This document shows, one piece after another, positions 27,101 through 34,348 of a DNA stretch of 64,000 nt. The notes beneath the pieces are model-generated. The model did not search any database. It saw only the letters and a program-made list of their open reading frames with translations, and was not told the origin of the DNA. The first letter of the stretch is position 1. Every line of letters begins with the position of its first letter. The position numbers and the translations under genes are program-made. The stretch comes from a virus, in IMG/VR virus record IMGVR_UViG_3300044613_003770, positions 21,304 through 85,303 of that record, one strand, 5' to 3'.

Positions 27101-27145
27101 AACTTACACCCATCGGACCCCTTCGGGGTCGCCGCGATGTAAGTT
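27101..27145 (+). repeat. 45-bp dyad element, copy 7
   Basis: AACTTAC-acccatcg-GACCCC-TTC-GGGGTC-gccgcgat-GTAAGTT. Confidence 0.95.
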
Positions 27146-27249
27146 TCACGGCAACCCCTCACCACTACATTTGCGCCGATATTATGGCAACCACAAGCCA
27201 AATCGCGGCATTTATTCCAATCAAAATTCCAAGTATTTCTTTCATGTTT

Positions 27250-27387
27250 TTATCCTTCCTTTTCGATGTGTTCAAGATACTCCGCGAACGCGAGTTCGGC
27301 GGCTTCCGCGAGGACGGCATCACGCTCCTCGATGGAAATTTCACTGGCAAAGTAGGTGGCGGCGGCGGTAGTGAGGTCGTTGGACAT
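27250..27387 (-). CDS. small acidic protein (45 aa)
   Basis: manual ORF MSNDLTTAAATYFASEISIEERDAVLAEAAEL...; TTGCGT-N16-TAACTT-N6-ATG. Confidence 0.65.
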   Translation of the reverse strand: MSNDLTTAAATYFASEISIEERDAVLAEAAELAFAEYLEHIEKEG

Positions 27388-27493
27388 GCAAGAAAGTTAG
27401 CATGGGATTCAGATAACGCAACAAAAAAGTGTTTTTTATTTATTTTTTTTTGTGTGTTTTTTCTTTACTTTTTGCAATTCGTTGAGCGTAAGA

Positions 27494-27538
27494 AACTTAC
27501 AGCTATCGGACCCCGTAGGGGTCGCGGCGGTGTAAGTT
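27494..27538 (+). repeat. 45-bp dyad element, copy 8
   Basis: AACTTAC-agctatcg-GACCCC-GTA-GGGGTC-gcggcggt-GTAAGTT. Confidence 0.95.
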
Positions 27539-27661
27539 TTTGATTTCCAATGACTTACAACGGCAGCGGCAATGTAGTTATGCTATGCACTATGTGCCAT
27601 ACTACTACAAGCGTAGTAGTAAAGCACACAGCGTTTGCAATGATGTCTTGTAGTTCTTCAC

Positions 27662-27889
27662 TCATACAGACAAGTCGCAGTCTTCTTCTAGAAATTCCAT
27701 TGCGGCTTCTTGTGCGTAGTCAAGTAGCTCACTCATGGGAGTCATGCTGTCTGCTTCTTCTATCATCTCTTCCAATGTGTCCACGTGATCACATAGAAGA
27801 GCGGTATCAGGTAGATCATCGAGTGACAAGCCTGTGATGGCGTAGACTTGTGCGTTGATCATCTTTCGTGCTTTGTTTCGTGCGCTCAT
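27662..27889 (-). CDS. acidic hypothetical protein (GLSLDDLPD motif)
   Basis: ORF. Confidence 0.7.
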   Translation of the reverse strand: MSARNKARKMINAQVYAITGLSLDDLPDTALLCDHVDTLEEMIEEADSMTPMSELLDYAQEAAMEFLEEDCDLSV

Positions 27890-27951
27890 GGTGTGTGTGT
27901 TGTTATTGGTTGATTGGTGTAGTGTCTTTCATATTATTATGCTTGTGTGTG

Positions 27952-28131
27952 TTAGTTATGCTTAACATAGGATTGAAGATGTGCAAGCGCATACATAGTC
28001 GCGCCAAAGGTTAAAAAACATATAGCGTCGAACACTTCGCTTCGTCCTCCGTAGATACAGAAGGCGCAAAGGCTAAAGACAGGCGACATGGTGATGATGG
28101 CAGAGCCAAGGATTGTGATGATGTGTTTCAT
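27952..28131 (-). CDS. small membrane protein (59 aa)
   Basis: manual ORF with two hydrophobic segments. Confidence 0.5.
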   Translation of the reverse strand: MKHIITILGSAIITMSPVFSLCAFCIYGGRSEVFDAICFLTFGATMYALAHLQSYVKHN

Positions 28132-28151
28132 TTTTTTTCTATGTGTTATGT

Positions 28152-28346
28152 TTACCAGACTTTGATGATTTCAATTTGATTCGAACCGATAAAAGCGATG
28201 TCGTTGCAAAGATCGCGATAGATGATGACAAAGCCGCCGTCGAGCGTGTTCCTATCGGTGACGCTACCGCAGAAGCGACGACCTTCATAGCGAAAGTCTA
28301 CAGTAGAGTTAATGCGTGGGCGGGTGGTGGTAGTTGTGTTGGACAT
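28152..28346 (-). CDS. hypothetical protein, paralog of 26761..26955
   Basis: TTGTGT-N16-TAACTT-N6-ATG. Confidence 0.75.
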   Translation of the reverse strand: MSNTTTTTRPRINSTVDFRYEGRRFCGSVTDRNTLDGGFVIIYRDLCNDIAFIGSNQIEIIKVW

Positions 28347-28458
28347 GGGAGAAAGTTAGCAGATGAGAGAGGGAACACAAGAAAAAAATCATTTATTTTT
28401 TTTTACGAAACTGCAATTTTTTTCTTGACAAATAGATATGCGGGGGGGTTTGGGGGGG

Positions 28459-28646
28459 CGCAAATAGCAAATGAATAAATAGCAAATTATCAAATAGCAA
28501 ATAGCAAATGAATAAATAGTAAATAGATTAGCGATTGGGTAATGATTAGCGTGGCGGTAATCATTAGCGTGGCAGTCATGTATTCGCGTGGAATCCTTAG
28601 TGTGGAGGTAATCATTAGCGTGGAACAAATCATTAGCGTGGAACAT
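28459..28646. repeat. short repeat cluster: AAATAGC runs followed by about 5 copies of ATCATTAGCGTGG
   Basis: read directly from sequence. Confidence 0.75.
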
Positions 28647-28735
28647 AGGTTTCGGGGGTGGCGGTCGCGTAAGTTTTCGGGGTGGGTCTGGGCATAAGTT
28701 GGGCGGGGTGGTTTCCCACCCCGCCTTGCCTTGGG

Positions 28736-28933
28736 TCATGCCTTGCGCCACGAGCGCAAGACTTGCGCCGCATAGTCGCGGGGGACATTAAAACTCTTCC
28801 CGTCTTTGTAAATGCCCGCGCCATTGGGAGTCATGACATAGTTTCGGATCGTGAAGAGGTGGAAATTTCCACAAGGGGAAAAATGGGAGTTCGTGCGAAA
28901 ATTGCCTTTTCTGAGATAGCTTTTGATTTTCAT
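28736..28933 (-). CDS. small basic hypothetical protein
   Basis: ORF co-directional with the array. Confidence 0.55.
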   Translation of the reverse strand: MKIKSYLRKGNFRTNSHFSPCGNFHLFTIRNYVMTPNGAGIYKDGKSFNVPRDYAAQVLRSWRKA

Positions 28934-28988
28934 GAGTCTGATTTTTTAAGGTTGGCAGGGCCGCCCTTGCGGCCCTGCTTGTCGTGGT

Positions 28989-29333
28989 TTAGCCCTTGGC
29001 GATACCTTGCCAAGTGGCGCGGGTTGCGGTTTGTCCTTCAACCCTCCCAAGAGCGGCGGCCTTGCAAAGGGTCTGGAATTTTTCGACCGCTTTTTTTTCA
29101 GCGGCGGACATAAAGGAAAGGGCGGATTCCTTGTCAGCATTGGAAACACTCGCGCTTGCCTTCGTGGTGATTTCCTCGCCGACGATTTCCAGCGCAAGCG
29201 TGAAGCTGTAGGCGTGACCATCGGGACTTGCTCCCATAGCGAGAGCGATTTCGCCAATGGTGGATGTTCCTTTGATGGGAAGCGCGATCTTGCTCGCGCT
29301 GGGCTTCGTGGTGGTGGTGGTGGTGGTGGTCAT
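28989..29333 (-). CDS. hypothetical protein with poly-Thr N-terminus; first gene of the - strand block
   Basis: MTTTTTTTTKPSASK...; followed by a GC hairpin at about 28955-28978. Confidence 0.65.
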   Translation of the reverse strand: MTTTTTTTTKPSASKIALPIKGTSTIGEIALAMGASPDGHAYSFTLALEIVGEEITTKASASVSNADKESALSFMSAAEKKAVEKFQTLCKAAALGRVEGQTATRATWQGIAKG

Positions 29334-29621
29334 GTGATGGAGTCGCTCGCGGCGACAAAGGAAAGATGCCACAAGCGGGAAAAATTGAAAGATTTTTCTT
29401 CGATTTTCTGAAAAAAGTTTTTTCAACGAAATGCGAAATTTTCTTGACAGCCTCCCCCCATTTCTCGGAAAAATTGCAAACGAACATCGCAGCCATCGGG
29501 GGGGGGACACTTTTTTCAATCTCCCCTAAAAATTACAATATTAGTATTTTCGTTGGCCTCAAAAAAAATCCGCCACTTAATTTCAAAAAACCTAATAAAA
29601 TATTTAGTGTAATCATTAAGT

Positions 29622-30485
29622 ATGATATATAGAGATTTACCTATTTTTGTTGGCACAGCAAATCAAAATCCAAATACAATAAATAATAACTATTATTTGA
29701 TGGCATCTCAGGTATCTATAGATATGTCCGCTGGCGGTCAAGCCAAAAGAAAAATAAATCAATCAATAAATCAATCCGACCAATTTACTCATCCAAACCC
29801 TTTAGTTTGCAGAGTTAGCTTTCAATCTTATATACCAGGAAGTGATATAGAAGGATTTGTAATACCAGATTTATCATGGGCCGCGAAAATAATATTCACT
29901 CAGGCTACTGGAGATAATTATCATGCAATAAAAATTGGAGAAAGTATTTTTGATAAATGCTACTTAAGTAATTATACAGTAAGCATAGATCCTTTTAGAC
30001 CTGTCCAGCTTACAGCTGAGTTTATATGTAATGATCCACCGACTGGGTATGGCATATCAGAAAAAATCAATGGTGTAGATTCTTTCGTCGGTTCTATAAG
30101 TTTTGCTGATAATATTATTCATGGTCATACATGCAATGTAATTGGGGCTAATAATATAGTTAGTGAAATTCAATCCTCAATCAAATATCAAGTAACATGC
30201 AATAGAACGCCAGTATATGGCATTGGTTCAATTATGCCATCATCAATGATTTTAGATGAAATAGAAAGACAAATGGATATAAGTTCTACTGATATATCAT
30301 CAATAATTAATCAAGAAGGCGCGAAATTAACTTCTCCAGTTACTGTGGCGTTAAAACATAGCAACAGTTCAATTACTGCTTATTTAAATATGAATGCAGG
30401 ATCAAAAATATTGTCCCAAAAAATACAAATGCAAGAAGGAGATTCTTTGATGACTGAAGTATCAATTAAAGAGTTTTTAGTGTAA
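29622..30485 (+). CDS. putative virion protein (tail-tube-like fold)
   Basis: YLxxYxV and RxxVYxIGSxxP patterns shared with 57997, 59789 and 42966; GTGTAA upstream. Confidence 0.55.
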   Translation: MIYRDLPIFVGTANQNPNTINNNYYLMASQVSIDMSAGGQAKRKINQSINQSDQFTHPNPLVCRVSFQSYIPGSDIEGFVIPDLSWAAKIIFTQATGDNYHAIKIGESIFDKCYLSNYTVSIDPFRPVQLTAEFICNDPPTGYGISEKINGVDSFVGSISFADNIIHGHTCNVIGANNIVSEIQSSIKYQVTCNRTPVYGIGSIMPSSMILDEIERQMDISSTDISSIINQEGAKLTSPVTVALKHSNSSITAYLNMNAGSKILSQKIQMQEGDSLMTEVSIKEFLV

Positions 30486-30496
30486 ATAAATACAAC

Positions 30497-31213
30497 ATGG
30501 CTCGCAAGAAAAATGAGAGGGAGACGGGTTCATTGGAGATTCAACCAGCCTTTGAACGAACAATAAAATTCAAATCAAGAAAATTCAAATTCACACCAAA
30601 ACAAAAAATCTTTTTAGATATTTTACTTGATGAAGAAACAAAAATAATATTTTGCTCTGGGCCAGCAGGTTCTAGTAAAACTTATATGTCGCTTTATGGG
30701 TGTTTGCAGTTAATGCAAGCAGACCCCGAAAAAGATTTATTATATATCAGAAGTATTGCTGAAAGTGCAGATAAAGGATTAGGAGCGCTTCCTGGCGATA
30801 TAGCTGAAAAATTTGATCCATTTTTAATGCCCTTATATGATAAACTTGAAGAAATTATACATGAGGGTGATGCGGCGTTTTTAAAAGCAAATGGAAGAAT
30901 TGGCGCGGCTCCAATTAATTTTTTAAGAGGTGCAAGTTGGCAAAATAAATTGATTGTTGCTGATGAAGCTCAAAACTTCACTTTAAAAGAATTAACCACA
31001 TTGATTACTAGAATTGGAGAAAATACAAAAATAATTATCTGCGGCGACTTCATGCAAAGCGATATTATAAAAAGCGGCTTCGGCCATATGTTTAATTTAT
31101 TTGATGACGACGAATCATCAAGTAATGGTATACGTTCATTTAAATTTAATGAATCAGATATCGTAAGAAGTGAAATTTTAAAATTTATTATCGCCCGACT
31201 TAGTAAACAATAA
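30497..31213 (+). CDS. phoH: PhoH-family ATPase
   Basis: GPAGSSKT, LGALPG, FLRG, DEAQN, TRIGE, GDxxQSD, DIVRS. Confidence 0.92.
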   Translation: MARKKNERETGSLEIQPAFERTIKFKSRKFKFTPKQKIFLDILLDEETKIIFCSGPAGSSKTYMSLYGCLQLMQADPEKDLLYIRSIAESADKGLGALPGDIAEKFDPFLMPLYDKLEEIIHEGDAAFLKANGRIGAAPINFLRGASWQNKLIVADEAQNFTLKELTTLITRIGENTKIIICGDFMQSDIIKSGFGHMFNLFDDDESSSNGIRSFKFNESDIVRSEILKFIIARLSKQ

Positions 31214-31339
31214 AAGTGTAATTATATAAAACAGATAATCTTACGCTCAACTGCGAAAAGTTAATAAAAAATCAACAAGATGCACTGTTTTTGTCTTTAA
31301 AATTAGAAAAAAATAAAAAAATACTTATAAATAATAAGT

Positions 31340-31675
31340 ATGAATCACATATTTTGCTCTAACTGCGGGAACAAGATACAATATAATTTAGCAAAACCAA
31401 ACTTTTGTACAAAGTGTGGTAATTCACTATCGTCTCTAACCGCTTCGAGCCAAGTGGTTGAAAAAAAAGTTGTGCCAAAATTGGATATTGATCTTGAAGA
31501 AGATGAAACCGATATCGATGATATACCGAACTTAAGAAAAATCGCAGTTGAAATTGAAAATTTTTCTGAAAATTCATCGTTCACATTAGGAAATTTATTT
31601 GGCACTCCAACCCAAGCATTCAAAGGGCGTAAAAACCGTTCTGTAGATGAATTTATTGATGAAAAGAAAGCCTAA
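31340..31675 (+). CDS. zinc-ribbon protein
   Basis: FCSNCG...FCTKCG. Confidence 0.75.
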   Translation: MNHIFCSNCGNKIQYNLAKPNFCTKCGNSLSSLTASSQVVEKKVVPKLDIDLEEDETDIDDIPNLRKIAVEIENFSENSSFTLGNLFGTPTQAFKGRKNRSVDEFIDEKKA

Positions 31676-32360
31676 ATATAAATTTGAGGATTTTTCTGAA
31701 ATCATAGATTCTTCAATCAAAAGACAAAGAGCAAAATGGCAGTTAAATGCCATTAACTGGTTTGATTTTGATGATGTAGAACAGATAATTAAGGTCCATA
31801 TTCATAAAAAATGGCATATGTGGGATCAAGAACGCCCATTAGAGCCATGGATAGGTAGGATCATCTCTAATCAGATTAGAAATTTAATTAGAAATCATTA
31901 TGGTAATTATATAAAGCCATGTAATGGTTGTCAATTTAGTCTTGATGATGATAAATGCTCCATAACTGCAAGTAATTTGCAAGACTCACAATGCAAATTA
32001 TACGAAAAATGGGAAAGTCAAAAAAAAGCTGGATTAGAGCTTAAAACTACACTTTCTATAGAAAATCATATGAGCGAAGTTTGTTCTAAGCCAGATGATG
32101 ATTTTTGTTATGAATCTTCTGTAGAGAAATTAAATCAATATATGAAAAAAGAGCTAAATCCAATTCATTATAAAGCTTATAAGATGTTATTTTTCGAAGA
32201 TTGCAATGAAGAAGATGTGGCAAAATTTATGGGATACAAAACTAATGAAAAAAAACGAAAAGCTGGTTATCGCCAAGTCAAAAATCTTAAAAAAACATTT
32301 CAAGCCAAGGCCGAGGAAATAATTAAAAAATTTGATATCATTATTCATGAACCTAACTAA
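31659..32360 (+). CDS. sigma70/ECF-like phage sigma factor
   Basis: region 2-like DFDDVEQ...WDQERPLEPWIGRIISNQIRNLIR; region 4-like EEDVAKFMG. Confidence 0.65.
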   Translation: MKRKPKYKFEDFSEIIDSSIKRQRAKWQLNAINWFDFDDVEQIIKVHIHKKWHMWDQERPLEPWIGRIISNQIRNLIRNHYGNYIKPCNGCQFSLDDDKCSITASNLQDSQCKLYEKWESQKKAGLELKTTLSIENHMSEVCSKPDDDFCYESSVEKLNQYMKKELNPIHYKAYKMLFFEDCNEEDVAKFMGYKTNEKKRKAGYRQVKNLKKTFQAKAEEIIKKFDIIIHEPN

Positions 32361-33396
32361 AGAACAACAAGAATTTATCGCAAAAGAAGCAAAGAATAAT
32401 ACAAATTTAAATGAATTAACTCAAAAATGCTTTAATAACGATGATTTAGATGGTCGCTCCAAAGAAGGGCGGTTAGTTCGTCAATTTTTAATTGAAAATG
32501 AAATTAAATTTATTACAAGTCGTCGTCCAAAAAAAGATGAAATTAATTTTTCACAACAACAAAAAGATTTTATTATACAACAAGCGGAAGCTGGCTTATC
32601 TTCTTTAAAAATAGCTGAAATAATTTTTCCAGATAGAGATGTAAAGCCTTTAAGCAACGAACAAAGGAGTGTTTTAGAAGCAATTAAAGAAATAAATCCT
32701 GATTTTCTACCATCACAAGATTCTGGGGCATTAAATGATTATATAGCCCCAAAATCACCCCCAAGGATAGTTAAAAAGATTAATGATGCTACTGGGATGA
32801 ATTTAGATGAAGCAAAATTAAATAGACCAATGAAAATTTGTGTCGAAAGATTGGGTATTAATTTAAATAATTCTAGATTCGTTAAAATCGTCAATAACTA
32901 TCTATCAAAAAGCGATCGGGAGTTATTTGAACAAGAATTTATTCGTTTAACATGGGATAAGCCAGATTTAACTGCAGATGAAATTAATTTATATTTAAAT
33001 GTCTGCAAGGAAATCATTAATTTGGAAGTAATTAGCTGTCATTTGAATAAATTAAATGAAATGTTTGATATAGCTGATGATCAAAACGAAATGAGCGTTC
33101 GTTTATCAGAGATAATTAAAGCAAAAAGCAGCGAATACCATCAATGCGAAAATCGCATAGAAAATTTAACAAAAAAACTTCAAGGTGATAGAGCTGAAAG
33201 AATGAAAAGCAGACAAAAAGAAAATGCTTCGATTTTATCAATAGTTCAATTATTTCAAGAACAAGATGAAAGACAAAACATGGTTCGTATAGCAGAAATG
33301 CAAAAAGAATTAGTCAAAGAAGAGGCTAATCGTTTAGAAGGAATGTCTGAATGGAAAGCCAGGGTCTTAGGAATATATCAAGATGATGTCATTTAA
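32347..33396 (+). CDS. hypothetical protein (HTH-like repeats plus coiled coil; terminase small subunit candidate)
   Basis: two QQxxFI...A segments; position upstream of the terminase large subunit. Confidence 0.45.
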   Translation: MNLTKEQQEFIAKEAKNNTNLNELTQKCFNNDDLDGRSKEGRLVRQFLIENEIKFITSRRPKKDEINFSQQQKDFIIQQAEAGLSSLKIAEIIFPDRDVKPLSNEQRSVLEAIKEINPDFLPSQDSGALNDYIAPKSPPRIVKKINDATGMNLDEAKLNRPMKICVERLGINLNNSRFVKIVNNYLSKSDRELFEQEFIRLTWDKPDLTADEINLYLNVCKEIINLEVISCHLNKLNEMFDIADDQNEMSVRLSEIIKAKSSEYHQCENRIENLTKKLQGDRAERMKSRQKENASILSIVQLFQEQDERQNMVRIAEMQKELVKEEANRLEGMSEWKARVLGIYQDDVI

Positions 33397-34348
33397 ATGC
33401 AAAGAGTGTAATCAGGAATTTCCTGGTTTAAAAAACCTCCATACGCATATCAAAAAACATGATATGTTTCTTGGGGACTATTATGTAAAACATTTTCAAA
33501 GAAAAAATAAATTAACGGGCGAATTATTACCATTTAAAAATTATGATGATTATTTTGAAAAAGATTTCTCTCAACCAAAACAACTTCAAGAATGGTGTGA
33601 AAAAGCATCTTTTATGGATGTTAAAGAATATATTATCGAATTAATGGATAGGAGAATCAAGGCAAAGAATCTTAATTCAGGTTTAAGTTCTCTTGAGCTT
33701 TGGACTGCTGGTTTGCCTGATATTGACATGTATAAAAAATACTTTGGGAGTTATACTGATGCATGTAAAAAATGTTTAATCGAACCAATGTTTAATGGAA
33801 AATTACCCAAAGAGTTTTGGAATGATTATTCAAACATAAAAATTCTAATTGATACTAGAGAACAAAAACCATTATGGTTTAATAAATCAGAGATTTTAAA
33901 ATTAGATATAGGAGATTATGCTGTTTCTGGAGATAAATATGATTATACTTATGTAGACCGCAAATCTTTCAATGACTTCTGTGGTACAGTTACATCATCT
34001 TACAATAGATTTGTTAAAGAGTTGGAGAGGTGCAGGAGTTTAGGCTGTTATTTATTTATTGTTATAGAAGCACCCCTTCATAAGATGGATGAATACAACA
34101 AAAATAGTTATAAAAAATTCAACCTTAATTATGTTTTTCATAACATGAGGCAGCTACAAAGAGATTACAGCAATTGTTGTCAATTTGTCTTTAGTGGCTC
34201 TAGAGGTTTGAGTGCAGAATTAATACCAAAATTATTGATACTCGGAAAATCCTTATGGAAGACTGATATGCAGTATTTTTGGTCAAAAAGAATAGAAAAA
34301 TATGGCTTGGATAACAGGAGTACAAAAGAGGAGAAAAAGATTTCCTAA
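33386..34348 (+). CDS. C2H2 zinc finger + ERCC4 (XPF/Mus81-type) nuclease domain protein
   Basis: CKEC...HxHxxxH; ILIDTREQKP, LDIGDY, VDRKSxxDF, VIE. Confidence 0.8.
   Translation: MSFKCKECNQEFPGLKNLHTHIKKHDMFLGDYYVKHFQRKNKLTGELLPFKNYDDYFEKDFSQPKQLQEWCEKASFMDVKEYIIELMDRRIKAKNLNSGLSSLELWTAGLPDIDMYKKYFGSYTDACKKCLIEPMFNGKLPKEFWNDYSNIKILIDTREQKPLWFNKSEILKLDIGDYAVSGDKYDYTYVDRKSFNDFCGTVTSSYNRFVKELERCRSLGCYLFIVIEAPLHKMDEYNKNSYKKFNLNYVFHNMRQLQRDYSNCCQFVFSGSRGLSAELIPKLLILGKSLWKTDMQYFWSKRIEKYGLDNRSTKEEKKIS

Noticed and set aside
19627-27538. CRISPR array interpretation of the palindromic repeats
   Set aside because: Intervals are about 0.4-2.8 kb and contain genes and promoters, not 30-40-nt spacers; no cas genes are present.
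19627-27538. Canonical integron (intI + attC)
   Set aside because: No integrase in the window, the ends do not fit RYYYAAC/GTTRRRY, single extrahelical bases are absent and modules carry their own promoters; kept only as an analogy.
19627-27538. Dyads as ordinary rho-independent terminators or REP elements
   Set aside because: No U tract directly follows the inner stem, separate terminator-like hairpins lie beside several copies, GTAG is in the loop rather than at the stem foot, and no RAYT transposase is seen.
28389-28751. 120-aa ORF with HAND repeats
   Set aside because: It is the translation of DNA-level tandem repeats and G/C runs, with no promoter or start signature.
20080-29632. Many + strand and alternative-frame ORFs in the array (for example 21856..22317, 24180..24632, 26271..26732, 28682..29113)
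   Set aside because: They are antisense shadows of promoter-supported - strand genes in GC-richer DNA.
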